Origin: Thalia democratica
Lineage: Eukaryota
DNA length: 64,000 bases
Assembly (NCBI GenBank): GCA_965202585.1
Contig: OZ241832.1
Coordinates: 30,070,001 to 30,134,000, forward strand
Direction: 5' to 3'
Positions 1 through 14,260 of the stretch are shown in pieces (position 1 is the first letter of the stretch; the number at the start of each line of letters is the position of its first letter). The notes beneath the pieces were generated by a model. It had not been told where the DNA came from. It saw nothing but the letters and a program-made list of their open reading frames with translations, and did no database searches. The translations under genes were made by a program, and so were the position numbers.

Positions 1-2017
1 TCTAAAACGCGAAAATATAAATCAAAACTTTATAAGTAGTGTTTTTAACAAACTGTTTAGTTTTGAAGTGCGGAAAGTAAACGCTATGAGTTTTAAACTA
101 AATAAAATAATATTTTTGAATGACTTGTTATGCTTTATACTTCTATGTATTCTTTTATTTAAAAAGTAACTTTATAAAACTGTCATAGCTCGATATTGAC
201 GGTAGCATCTAGCAAGGTGGTCTTGTTATTCGAGTTAAATCTAATATTTATTCATTTTGACAATTAAAAAACCGATTAAAAAGCAACAGCAAGTACAAGC
301 ATTAAAACCTTCAAACGCAGCTTAAGCATGGTTGTTTACATAAGAAATTGAGCTGATACAACATTTTTGATTTAATCTGGATTCATATATTGCATTTAAA
401 AACTAATGGTTGTTAGACTTAAAAAGTTATGAACTATCAAAAGTTATAGTTTTCAACTGGTCAAAAATTTATTTAGAAGACTTCAAGTCGCTTAACTTTA
501 TATAGCTTTGTTTTATGTAAGTATCATAATCAGTAGGTTGTTCATAACATTAAAACATAACAACAATTAAAAAATCTTATATACAACAAACGTTTTTAAT
601 AAGTTGTTTTTTTTTTCTATTTTTAGAATCTTCAAGTTTATTTCGAATGAAAAGGTTTGCTAAAAGTTACAATAAAGTATTTGAACAAAAAACAAACAAT
701 AATTTACTTCTTATTAAAACGTTTAATTAAGCTTTATTTTAATATACTTTTCCATTTTTAAACCGTTTTAACAATTTGTTTAAGTTGTATTTATAAAACG
801 CTTGCAAATCTTATAGTACGAATGATTGAAAATTATTGCTTTTAAATTCATTACTGTGTAAAAAAACTTTAATAATCTTATAATAACATTGTTACTAGTT
901 CAACGAGTAGAATAGTTATTGATTTGATTGAATCCGAATGGTTTAAGTTAAGTAAAAAAACATTTACTAATTTACTTCAATAAAACACTTAGTAATTAAA
1001 TTTAAGGTGTGATCGTACATTGTTTACAATTTTTTAGTGACGTATTTTATGGTGAATCGATAAACGACAATATAGTAAAATAGCAACAAAAAATATGATA
1101 TTTAGTGCAAGATTATGTCTTTAAAATATTTTTATTACAAAATAAGTTTGTCTAGAAAAATAAACATATTTCACTTATTCTTGAAAACAAAAAAAAAGAA
1201 CTATTGTTATAATACGAGTTCAGACTTAAGTAGTTTTTATTGTTAACTTTACTAATGAATTAGCACAAACTCAAATTACTGAAAAGATACATAAAACTTG
1301 TATCCTAATTAACAAAAAAATTTTATATGCGTTTAAAATAGAACATGTATATAAATGCAAAAAAAAATAATATGCAAAATAAACACAAAAAATAAACTAA
1401 AATTGGTTTTACAGTTTTCGATCAGAACTATCGTAAGCAAGTTATAATAAAAAAGTTTAAAGTTAACAGTAAATTTACCAAATTTTACCTTAACAAAAAA
1501 CATTGTTTTGGTAAAGTAGCAAAATAAATAAAAAAAAAATTCATTATTTGAAAACATTAAAAAAAATATATATAAAGTTTCATGTAGTTTTTTCCACAAA
1601 ACTTTACAGGTATTTTTACAAAAAATATTCCGTTAAAAAAAGAGAAAACAGAAAGAAAAAAAACTTGAGCTCGTTAAACTGTTTTTGACACTTTGATTTG
1701 ATAAAATCGTTTTGAAAACTGTTGATATCTAAACATTCGTTTTTTAAGACATTGCACAATCGTTTTATTATAATTAGAAAAAAATCGAGCACTTTTATAA
1801 GTATGTTGTTAAAAGGATATAGTATAGGAAACTCTGTTTAAAATTTATTTAAAGTATAACTTTTTTAATATGAAATGCTTAATAAAATAATTTTGAATTA
1901 TATTCGTTCAGTTTTATTTATACACTTAAGTCTTTAAATGATTAAAATTTGTTTAACAGGAATGTAGTTAAAAACCAAACAAAAAGTCGTTTAATTTTGG
2001 TTTTCATTAGATTAACC

Positions 2018-5000
2018 ATGTTTAAGCAAGTCTTGATCATTTTGTTTTTTGGATTGTTTATTGTTGCTTCATCGGAGTTTGCGAATGAGACCAGTTCTAA
2101 CTGCACTAGTAGTCCGAACAACGAATATGCAGAAATCAATGCCACGGTAAGTTGATCTATTTTCTGATACTAATTAATGTTATTAGTTCATAAATTTTAT
2201 ACAAATCTTTCTTTCATAATTCGGTGTTTATTTATAACATATGTAAAAAATATAAACAAAATCATAGCATTAAGTTGTATTATACATAACAAAAGTTCTG
2301 AATTTATTAACAACTTGAAATTAAATTTGAAATATGTTAACTATTAACATGATTACGCACAGAATATGAAGACTAAAAAAAACTATAAATTATTAACAAA
2401 ATAAAATTTTTCTCTTTTTTTTTAAACAGCAAACGTTTAACTTTAATGATAAACAAATAAATAATAGTATTTTTAGTAAACTTTACTGTATTTCTTACTC
2501 AGCGTTTTTTTAGAATACATTTATTATTGAAACGTAAGCAAGTATAGTTTTCTACTGAAATATTTTCTTAGCTTAAAGTTTGATTCGAACGTAGAAAATT
2601 AAGAAAAAAGTTGTTTATATTTTTACTCATTATAATTCAATTTTGTTATAATTTGCAGAAATGAAAATAAAATTCAGCAATCTTTTTTTGAAATTCTATA
2701 CATACTAATTGTCTGTTTATTTAGTTATAAGAACAAAGTAAATTGATTTAAAATAAAATTACTTTTAAGTGTAGATTTATGATAATAAATATAAATTTAA
2801 AGTTAAAAACTTTTAAAACTATCTAGTATTTAGCAGCTATTTATAATATTTATTATATAAGAATAATTCATGTTTTTTTAATAATTTTATTTTAAAAACT
2901 TATTATGAATAGTTAATACAATTTGACTTTAGTAAACTATATTTAAACAATATGTGAACACTTAAAAAGCTTAAAAATTTCTTCAGTAAAACAAACATGG
3001 CTCATATCAACAATATTTTACTATACAAAACTTTAAGTATTCTATTTAAAACTGAAAAAAAACATATTTTATCTATATTTACAAAGTTCTCTTACATTTT
3101 TTTAAAGTTTCTAGTAATGAAAAATATACTCAAAAAGATACTAAAATAGTTTTAGCGCTATATTTCACTTGTATAAATAAACTGATAATAAAATAGATAA
3201 GATAACATTTTTGCTCACACAGCTGTTACTTAATTTTCTTATAACGCTTGAGATTGAAAATCTTAATGATAAACAGTTTTTAATAATTTTAAATAAAACA
3301 TATTCTTTTGATTTCTAGGAAATAATAACTTTTCAATGTGTTTAACTGTAGTAATCTTTTGTAGAATTTAAACCACAAAGTTTTTAATTTTAACAATAAC
3401 ATTAATTTGATTGTTTTTTTCTATATATATCAGTGTGCTTCATTTTTATTGCTACCTAACTCTGAAGATCCTTTTTTAGGTGAAACCGAGTTAGTAAGGT
3501 AGCAATTTTTGTCAATAAATTATTAATTAATTTTAACAATAGAGTATTACATCTAAACAAGATCGATACATTTTTGCTTAGGTTTGTTTTTACAGTTTCA
3601 GAAGTTTAACTTAAATATTTTGTTTTAATAGTTTAAACATATAAAATAAAGTATGCTTATTTGTTTTATGTTTTACTTGGTGATAAACACTTTCTGAATT
3701 ATGTTTTTTATTTAGTTCATTAAGATTCTTCGATTATTTAAACTGTTCTTTTATTCGCAACAAACAAACATTTATGTTAATAGTTCTTGCACGTAGCTTC
3801 TATTTTCAAAAATAACAGTTTTATCTTGGTAAAAAATCATTTTATTAATTTATTAAAGTTCGAATTATTAACTTAACAGTTTTCAAACAGGTCATCACCC
3901 CACTGAGCCCGAACCAAACTTACGACGTGTGGACGTGTCGGGTGACTTACCAGAACCACGTCAGAGAATACGCGTTCTGGTCCCTTTACAACGACTCGCT
4001 CTACGGGGTCGACGCCCAAAACCTCGATGACGCGTTTTGGAAGAGCGACGCCGAAGCGAAAAGGGTCGTCATGGAAACGAAGATCGACGACCGACAGTAC
4101 GCGGAACACGACCCGTGGTTGCTCAAGCATGAAAAGTGGGCCAAAGAGTACAAGTTTACGAGCTACAAGGGCATGTGCGACTATTGGATAAAATACAAAA
4201 ACGCGCCTCTTTTGGGCGGTAAAATGGAAGAAGTTGTGAAAGGTTAGATTGTTAAAATTCTTAAAAAAGATTGAAATACAATGTGATTTTTAATGTTGAT
4301 AGTTTTAAAATATTATATTCTAGCATTAATAACATTATGGTTTCACTAACAAGATTTCTAAACAAAAAGTATTTTACATGCTTAAACTGTTCGGTTTACA
4401 AAAGTTGTAAAGATTAAATTATAAACTTCTTAAGCGTTTAAAAAAATGCGAAACAAAACAACACATAGTTAATAAACAACTGAACTGGCGAAAATGTATT
4501 ATAACCGATAAAACACACTTTTTAGGTAAAATATGGTCGTCGACTGCGCCCAGTGAGCACATCTACCACACCGTTTTCGATTGCGGCACCCACTTTTTCA
4601 GTAATTTGTTCAAAGGCTGCTGTTATGCATGGGAGAGACAGTACACTGCCACGTTGACGAAAACCACGTTGAACTACGACTCTCGTTCGAAAGAAATAGA
4701 GAAAATAGAACAAAGAGAAGGCTCTTCCGTGTTCAACTGTCCTTGGGTGTACATGAAAGACAAAGATGGGTACACGAGAATGTTTAAAAATTACTGCCAA
4801 ACACCAATTTCTGTTGTCAGGTTGTTAAATATCCTTGATGTATATTAAGTTTATTTTTTTACAAACTTTTAATAGAACTTAAAAGTTTTCATTGCAAAAA
4901 GTTTTTTTTTATAGATTTTGTTTTAACGTTTAGTTTTTTTATATAGTTATTTAACATGTATTTTTTTATTGCTTTATTATATTTTGCCTTATAACAAAAT

Positions 5001-6232
5001 TATTTCGTCGTAAAACTGTTTGTAATATAAATTTTTAAACATTTTTATAATTAGGTTCATTGAGGAAGAAAATGGTAGAAAAGTTGAACTTCCTGACGAA
5101 AAAGGTTGTTCTAAGGTATGTATTTGTTTTAATTAGAAAAGTATTTTAATTTGATAGCTTGCTTTATCAGCTAAAGTTTTACTTACTTTTTTTGTAGAAC
5201 GTAGTGAGGTTTTAAAGAAATTTTACTAAAATTAAACTTTTTGTTTTCTTTGTTGCTCACTTTCGTTTCTTGGTGCAATACTTATCTACTAAAGTCTCGA
5301 TTTATCTATTATTTACTTGCTACTCTAGGTTGACAGGCAAATAAATCCCGAAAAAACGTTGGTTCAAATTTACAACAAAGGGAATTCATCTTATGTTTTA
5401 GTCCCTAGTTTGGGTCTTTACTTGAAAAACTTCAGTAAATGCAGTGATCATATTCGGTAAGTTTCTTACAGTTTTTGTTTTCATTTTGTACAAAGTTTTC
5501 TCAAAGTAAACTATTTTACCTTAAAACATTGATTTAAACTTTACAGTTTTGAATATCTAGAATAGCTTTAGTTTAAAATTTACGAAATGAGATCGTGTAA
5601 CTTCTTAAACCAACTTTGTAGTATATCATCATAAATATAAATAAAAAGTACTTTTTTGCTTCAAAATTATTTATTTTTTTAAATATTAACGAAAACAAAA
5701 CAGAAAATGTCATCTTGATTTTTTCGCGTACGTGTGCAAACCCCCTACTGATGGAAGTAAATGGCAGTAAGTGTTTTGTCGTTAGTTGAAAAGAAAATAA
5801 TAATATAAAATATTCACTGAGAAATAGCGTGTGATATATTGTCATTTTTTTACTTTAATAGTTCAATACTTTAATTTTGATATTTTTGAAGAATGTTTTA
5901 ATGTTTAAACTTAAATAAAGTATAAAATATGTGCAAATTAAGTATTTAGTTTACTAACAGATATCGGTGGCAAAAAATTGCGACTTTTTTAAGTACAATA
6001 AATAGTAGACTGCAATGTTTAAACTTAAAAAACCTTTTGTAAACTGTATTCAAAGCTATACTACATTTTAAAAATTATTTTTTTAATATTAATTTTAAAG
6101 TAACTAAACATTAATTTTAGAATATGCTGTCGCGAGTACAGGGTAGTTTTGTGTACAGCGGAAGGACATGTCATTGCAACTAAAGAACCTTCAAAGGAAT
6201 TGTATGAAATCTACAAGTTGACAGAGCAATAA
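2018..6232 (+). CDS. Six-exon gene for an orphan secreted protein (~358 aa, signal peptide, Cys-rich, no TM helix)
   Basis: Exons 2018-2146, 3891-4242, 4526-4820, 5055-5115, 5329-5456, 6121-6232; all joins GT-AG and phase-consistent (0,1,2,0,2), sum 1077 nt = 358 aa + TAA. N-terminus MFKQVLIILFFGLFIVASS is signal-peptide-like; several N-glycosylation sequons (NET, NCT, NAT, NQT, NDS, NSS, NFS). Exons are GC-elevated against very AT-rich introns. Confidence 0.8.
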
Positions 6233-6828
6233 ACACCTGGGCTGCTTAATTTCTAATTTTATTCCTTTTAAAATTCACTCATTGTATATAGATAGACTTT
6301 AGATTATTTATAAGCACAAATTACATCTTTGTTTGTTTTATCAATTTTACCGTATGGAACATCTAAAATCAAACTTTATTAAGAGGCAGTTTAACTTTAC
6401 TATACAAAGAATGTAAATCATGACTTTGAATTTTCATAAAGTAGTAGTAGTAAATTATAAAGATTAAACTGAGCTAACTAATGATTCGTTATCGAAAATA
6501 CTTTAGTGTATTTCTAAATTAGTCTTTATGTAAACAAACTGTGTAATTTTATACACCATATGTGTCATGATTCATATTTAATTTGTTGTAGAAATTATTC
6601 TTATTCTTACTTTCACTAAAGTTTTTATTGAAATTCATCAACTTAAAAACAACCAAAAAAACGTTTGGAAGTGACCTTAGTTTGGTAACCAAAGTAAGTT
6701 ATAGCTCTAGTCATAACAATGCAATAATGTTTACACTACTTGGAAGTTCGTTTTAATAAAAGAGTTTTTAATAGAATCATATTTTATCGCAATGTTTCAC
6801 TTTTTAAAACTCAAAACAAAAAAAAAAC

Positions 6829-7552
6829 TTTAAACGAAGTTTATTAAAGTGCAAATTCACAAAAATAGCAAAACTCTGTGTAATATACTTTTAGAAACAA
6901 AGTAACCTACAAAATTTAATAACAAGACAGCAACTCCGTATTAAAATAAATTAAGAACTTTGACTTAAATAGTGTGAAATATTTCGGTACTGCATTAGTT
7001 TATAATGATAAGTTTAGTTTTAAGTATGCTTTTCTTACAAGAAACGTTGTTTACCTTTTAAAAAACTAAATTGTTTCGTTTAGATGACTGAAAATACTTT
7101 CAAGTAAATTTAAGCTCTGAATAGTTAATAGGTAAAATATTAGAATAAATTCAGTTCTATAAAATAAAAGTTTAAACGAAGTACATTAAAGTGAAAAGTC
7201 AAAAAAAAAAAGCAAAATTCTTTGTAATACACTTCTAGAAAACCAAGTAACCTAAATAATTTAAAAACAAAACAGCAACTTCGTATTTTTAAAGAAAAAA
7301 AAATAAAAACTTTGACTTAAATAAAGTCAAATATTTCGGTACTGCATTAGTTTGTAATGTTAAGTTTATACAGTTTAGTTTTAAGTATGCTTTTCTTACA
7401 ATAAACGTTGTTTACCTTTTTAGAAAACTAAAATAAGTGTTCCAATTAAATAACTGAAAGTTCTTTCAAGTAAACTCTAACTTTATTCTAAGTTCGGTAG
7501 TCCCTTATTTGGTAAAATATTTGAACAAATTCAGATTTTTAGAATAAAAGTT
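6829..7552. repeat. Diverged direct tandem duplication, unit ~340-380 bp
   Basis: TTTAAACGAAGT...AAATATTTCGGTACTGCATTAGTTT...AAGTATGCTTTTCTTACAA...AATAAAAG occurs at ~6829-7170 and again at ~7171-7552. Confidence 0.8.
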
Positions 7553-10446
7553 TGTTTAAAATTTCTATAATTTTTTATTCTACTCTAAAGCATCGATAAA
7601 TAAAACCTAGTTTTTATTTAATACTATGTTAATTTGTAAACTTAAATATAAAGTTGACATTTTTCAAAACGATTGAAATTTTTACTTTTAAAACAGTTTA
7701 ACTATTGTAAAACAAACTAAATTTAGATCTTTAAATAAACAAGCTTATATATGCACTTTCAGCATCTATTTTGATAAAGGCGCTATCAAGTAATTAAGTA
7801 CTTTAAATGGTGTTTAAATATATTGATATTTTTTGTCATAAAACTAATTAAGTGGAAAGTTTTTTGTCAATTTTCACACAATTTTTTTTTTTAATATTTA
7901 CAAAACAAAGTTTGAACTCAATAACACACCAAGCTATAAAAATATTAAAACACAAAACATGTATTTATTAGATGCTAAAAATAAAACTAAAAGTATTTTT
8001 GTATTGTATTTTGAAAGGTTACTTAATTTACAATTCTCAGAAAGTAATTAATTTCGCATGTTCAAACAAGCTAGTGCTTACCGTATTTTATTAGAGTTTT
8101 GTAAAAACTATAAAATACAGTCAAAAAAATCTTTTAGTAATCAAATAATTTAGTTTATTAAAGTAATATTTTATTATCAAGCGTAATATAAATCTTAACT
8201 TTTTATTATAACAAAACTTGGTAAACTTTTCTGTTATAAACAATACTCAGTTTAACATTGTTAAGTTGTATATTTAATTTAAACTTTTGAAATTATTCTC
8301 TGAAATAAATTTTAAAAGATTTATTTTTTTAAACTTCCGTTTATATTTAAGCACAATATATAACAGATAAGAAAACAAAAAAAAAAACTTTTTTATAACA
8401 TTTCTGTAAGTTGTAAATTAATACTATTTTATGTAGACAAAGTAATCAACCTAAAATTGTTTTAACTAAAATATTGTAAGATTTTCTTTAAAAATTTTGT
8501 TAAAACATTTATCTTTTGTATTAGTCCTTACAATAATTATATTAAAAGAGTAACAATTAATTACGAAGAGCTTGTTTATTAAAACTGATGGTAACTTTCT
8601 TTGGGTAAAATGATCACGAACACTTACTTACTAACGCAGGTATAAATACTCACAAGATATTTACATAGACTAAGAATGTTTGCCAGTTTCCAGCAAAGTT
8701 TATTATGACGTGTTTACAAAGAATCTACTAACAAGTTTTGTTAATGTGAAGTTGGCACAGAAATAATAACACAAACTTTCTTTTATTCAATATTCTACTA
8801 ACTAAGTTGACGTAAAAGTTGTCTTAATTTGCATAAAGCAATTTAAAAACAACACTTTTATAAGTTTTTAAAGAATACACACTTTATAGAAATAAATAAA
8901 GTAATAAATTCATTGTATTTATGAACATCCTTTAGTGACGTGACAAACAAATGTTAATCTAATCTATTTGTATATATATATATATATGTAATTATGATAA
9001 AAAATTACTGGTTAGCCAGGGTGGTATTGTAAATTTCTTAAAACAATTTACACGAGCATTAAAAAAAGCTGCTTAGAAAGAAAAAGACAATTTATTCTTT
9101 ATAATATTTGTAATTCTTTATAATCATGGTATGTATTTAACATAGACTAAAATCTTAAAACATAACTTACAAAAAACTAAATTAAAATTACTGACTAAAC
9201 AAGGTACTCTTATAAGTTCCTTTAAAGAATTCTGAACATAAAATAAAGTTTCTAAGAAGACAAAAGACAATTTGTTCTTTGCAATCACTGTAATTCAGTC
9301 ACTTTATTGGCATCTATATAATATAGACTAAAATCTATAAACATAACTTTGAAAAACTAAATGTTTGATTAGGTAAAATAAAAAAAATGACACCTATTGA
9401 CATGACACATTTATTTTTAAAGCTACATAACAAAATTGATAGAAACTAAATCTACTTTAAGTAATAAAACTGCATTAAATATTCTTTTTTAAAGAAGACG
9501 TCTACTTTTTCTGTTTTATTTTTTGTTTAAATTTAATTATTTAAGTTTTAAACATTTAAAATGTATACATATATTTTAAATTGTTTAATTGATTTAGTTC
9601 ATGTATTTAACAAACTAAAAACTTAACTAAAAAGTATTATCTATATTAAGTTGTTGAACGTTAGTTTATTACTAGTATTGCTTTATAAAGCTCTAAAAGC
9701 AAAAATTATTAGTACTTGCACAAAATAAATAAACATCCTTTAGAATGTTCACACGTTTATTAAACACGATTTAACGTTTTAATTAAAGTAAAGTTCAACT
9801 TTAAAAAAATATTTAGCTATATGATCACGAGCTATGACATTTTAACACAACTACAAATACTTGGTAGATCTATATTAAGACTGAGAAATTTTATTCACTT
9901 TACAGCAGTGTTTGTTTTTATTTGAAAAGCATCTAGGAAACAGATATATTCTTCTGAAATAACCGTTAAAAATATAACACTAAGTAATTTTCTTTTTTTA
10001 AATAAAATAAAAATTAAATAGATATTAAATAAAACATAATATTTGTCCTTATATTGTATTTTAACTCCTAAAATTGTATACAAACAATAAAAAAACATCC
10101 CTTCTATGAATTTTAACTTAATTTGAAAACAAGATATTTCTACTACTGATTAGAAAAACATTTAAACTAATTAAAAGCTTAAAAATTTTACACCGAAGAT
10201 TACATTAGGTTGTATGTTTAGTTTTATTGTACTAAACAAACTATGTTATAAATTAAGTAGTTACATTCATTGTATTTCGTAAATCCTTTAGTGACGTAAC
10301 AAACAAATGTTGACATTTATTATTTGAATATATATATATTACGATACAATAATTGTTCAAGCAAGGTGCTCTTGTAAATAACTTTAAAGAGACTACCTGA
10401 GCACCAAAAACAAACATCAAGAAATAAAATATAATTTTATTGACAT

Positions 10447-11525
10447 CATTGTAAATTTGATCACTTTATTGTTGTCATTATGACACTATTCGGTCTGGTA
10501 TGTAGACAAGGTTGTGATCATCGTTGGGGATTGGTGGTTGGTGCCTTCGGCGCCTTTGATTCTGTCTGTCTTGATCTATCCCACCCACACCGCCCTAAAT
10601 GTCTTCGTTTAATTTATGTTTATCATGTAAGCTAGTGTTTGTGGTTGTGTTACGAAAATATTTTCTCACTCATCCCTTTCTTTAGTCTGAAGTTAAATAT
10701 AAGTTCGATGCAAAGACGAGTAATCTTGCTTGCTTGCAAACTTGTTTTAACAAATTTGTTTAGCATCGTATCTGTAGTTATAAAACCGCACATAATTATA
10801 AATTTTACCTGAATGGTTGCATTTGTAAAAGACGTCAGAATATAATACTTTTAGTTTTTATATCAAAACAAGTATTTTTAGACTTAGTTTTTGTATTTGT
10901 TAAAAAAGTTTAAGAATTCATAGATATATTTTATTTAAATCATGTTTTACAAAACTAAATAACATTCAAGAGAGTCTATTAATTGTAAAGTCATTGTAAA
11001 TTTGGTCACTTTATTGTTATCATTATAACACTACTTAGTCTAACATGTAGACAAGGTTGTGATTGTCGTTGAGGATTTGGTGTTGGTGCCTTCGGCGCCT
11101 TTGATCATGACTGTCTTGATCTATCCCACCCACACCACCCTAAATGTCTTCGTTTAATTTATTTTCATCATGTAAGCTAGTGTTTGTGGTTGTGTTACGA
11201 AAATATTTCCTTACTCATTCTTTTCTTTAGCGTGAAGTAAATCATAAGTTCAATGCAAAGACCAGTAATGTTGCTTACTTGCAAAATGTTTTAACAAATT
11301 CGTTAGTGATTTGTATCTGTGATTTTAAAACCGCACATAATTATAAATTTTACCTGAATGGTTGCGTTTGTAAAAGACGTCAGAAAATAATACTTTTAGT
11401 TTTTATATCAAAACATGTATTTTAAGACTTAGTTTTTGTATTTGTTAAAAGTTTTAAAGATTTCATAGATCTATATTTTAATTATATCATATTTTACAAA
11501 ACTAAATAATATTCAAGAGACTCTA
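10447..11525. repeat. Direct tandem duplication, unit ~540 bp, with GC-rich core
   Basis: CATTGTAAATTTG...GGTGCCTTCGGCGCC...CTATCCCACCCACAC...GACGTCAGAA...ATTCAAGAGA at ~10447-10980 and ~10990-11525. Confidence 0.85.
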
Positions 11526-13428
11526 ACAATTTAAATTCAACTCTGTAGTTCATTTAAAACAAACTAAACTAAAAAATAGTGCAGTTAGTTTTATTTATCT
11601 AACCTTAACATAAAATATTTCGTTATTTAATTATCCTACAAATTTTGTATTAATTGTTATCATTTTTAATAAAATTTTATGTTCGTTTACTATTTACTTA
11701 TAAGTGTTTATCATTAAAAATGTTGAAGAAATACAGAAACTAATCTTAAAAATACTTGTTTTTGTATAAGGTGTACATACTTACTAAATGCTAGCAAAAA
11801 TTATTTTTACTGGTTAATGCGATAGCTTTGTATCACTGTCCTGGACAAGATATTAAAAGTTATCCGAGTGGTTTACGACTCGGATAACCAGGTCCTTGGA
11901 CCAAGTATTTTGAGCATCTTCTTTTGTCGTTCAACAAACTATAACAACAAACTTTACATCCCAATCAAATAACAAATGATGAAATATTTTTTCAGAGTTT
12001 ATTCATTTTAAAAGTAACTTGTTATAAAATTATAAATAAGCTTGTTACCCATCATAACTGAATTTTACAAAACTGCATCTAAATAGGAACTTTACCTGAA
12101 CGCTTTAATTTTTATATCAAAACTAGTATTTTTCAGCTTATTTTCTATACTTGTTAGAAATTATTGTTTAAGTATTGTTATATAATTTAGTACATATTAT
12201 TAATATTAACATTTTTTTGTTACGTCACTAAAGGATATAATAAATACAATGAACAGTGTTAATATTTGTTTTGACATAGAGTGTAACGTTTTATTAAAAA
12301 AGCAAACTAAATAAGTATTATTATGCAACACATTCTTAAGAATAAGCTTTTAGGTACTATTCTAGTCATTAAAAAGTATTTTACTTGTCAAAAAAGTTAA
12401 AACTTATACGTGTATTTTTTTTTTAATTACAATATTAAGACAAATTTATTTTAATTTCATCCAATAATGAAACGTTTTTTTTTAAGTTATTTTTCTTATA
12501 TTTATGCCAATTTTATATTAACAGAACTGGTAATTAAAAGCTTTAAAAATTGAAATTTATGTCGTTAAGTCTTATTGGTTTTTTAATGATAAATAAGTTC
12601 ATATTATTGATGTATTTGTAGAATATAAATTTTTAGTTTAAAATTATGGTTAAGAAACACATCAAATACATTATAACTTCAGCTTGATATTGGTGTGACA
12701 TCATTCTAGGTAAAAACCAATATTTATTGTACCATGCACCTACACAATTAAAATAAATAATAAATAATTGATTTAATTTTTGTGTTAATTTCTAAGCCAT
12801 TGGATAAAAATGATGGGGTAGGGGTTCTAATGACCTTTCAAAACTTGCTAAACATTTTTGGATTGAAACCCATGGTCAATACAAACACAAAATAAAGCTT
12901 TCAAGTATTCTTTTAACCTATAGTTAGTTAAATGTCTTTATTTAGAATATTCCTTAATTGTTTTCATAACTTCTACTTTTAAAATTTGCAGTAGTTATGT
13001 CAACCAGCTTTTAACTGAAATTAAATTAATAAAGAACTTAATGATGTCTAAATTTAAAAAGTGTAATGCTTAAAGAGAAACCTAAAAACTACTTAAAGTA
13101 TAAAACTATTTTTTGTCAGAACAAAAATTTAAAGTTTAGTTCTTTAAAAATGCCATCACAAGGTTTAATAAAAACTAATAGTTTTTTCCATAGCTTCAAG
13201 ATTCTTTTGTAATTTTTTATCTCTTAGTCCTTGCTTAAACACAAAAAAAATGAGTAAGTTTATATTAAAATGTGAGAACTATTATAATGTTACATTATGT
13301 ATATTCAATAATTAAAGTTTTCATTAAAGTTAATCTATAAACATATAAATCTCAATTTTTACTGTATCGCAAACCATGTTCGTACTTATTTAAAATAAAC
13401 AAAGTAAAAGTTTATATATAAAAAAATT

Positions 13429-13722
13429 AAGTTTACAAAAGGGTTGTTCAAACTAATTCGATCATCAGATTCAAGTTTCGGTAGACTGATACCGGTTTCG
13501 TCCTCATAAGAACTCATAAGTAATTTACGACCAAAAAACTTGCACTTTAAATTTACAAACGGTTTATGTTGCTTTCGCATGAAGCAACCGTCTGCTGGTA
13601 CAAAAAAGAAAAACGGCAAAAGACAATGCTGACGTCACTGATCATTACCAGCAAAAACAAGGACGAAACTGAAGCTTGTGTTCTGATGGTCGAATTGATA
13701 TGATCAACCCTTTTGTAAACTT
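13429..13722. repeat. Imperfect inverted repeat / potential long hairpin
   Basis: Perfect 18-bp ends AAGTTTACAAAAGGGTTG (13429-13446) / CAACCCTTTTGTAAACTT (13705-13722); pairing continues imperfectly inward (AATTCGATCATCAGA vs TCTGATGGTCGAATT; GTTTCGTCC vs GGACGAAAC). Confidence 0.7.
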
Positions 13723-14260
13723 GAGCTTATCTCACGTCACACGAGAGTCCAGGCTTCTGCTTTGCAGACTTTCGCCAATGTTATTGATGATCAGAAAATT
13801 TAGGCATTTTGATACTGGTAAGAATGATTTTGTCATTTAGAAACAAAGTAATTAAAGTTTTTGCTACCGCTTACCTTCATAAAAATTTTTATACCTTTAT
13901 TCAATTTTATACCTTTATATACAGTTTTTTTCTGCTAGAGTTGGGTTGTAACAAATTTTCCTTTATTATTTTTGATTTCTACTACACTGATTTATAGTTT
14001 GGCGCTAAAGAGTACTTATGTTTGATTATTGATTTGTGTTATAAACTATTTTAGTGTATGTGTATATAGCTTTTGTTTAATAAAACACTTGATCACAGTT
14101 ATTGTTAGAATTAGATATATATTTTTGGCAGTAAATAGTTATTAATAATTTGTGACAAAATTTGTGATTTAGATAGTTTTAGAGTTTAACGCTGTGGCTA
14201 AGAAAAGAAGCAAAGCTATTACCCCTAAAGGTAACGACACTAACCAGACTGGGTTTGTTA

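Noticed and set aside
1333-1599. Phe/Ile/Lys/Asn-rich short ORFs here and at 5573, 9895, 13809, 15811, 15913, 17555, 23377-24152, 30954, 31758, 58266-58601, 61141, 61438, 62931, 63150
   Set aside because: Expected by chance in ~75-80% AT DNA or within MITEs; no splice-consistent chain or motifs.
5961-6042. Alternative last exon (YRWQKIATFLSTINSRLQCLNLKNLL*) for the secreted-protein gene
   Set aside because: Phase-compatible acceptor exists, but the 6121 exon is more GC-rich and Cys-patterned; the alternative cannot be supported without transcripts.
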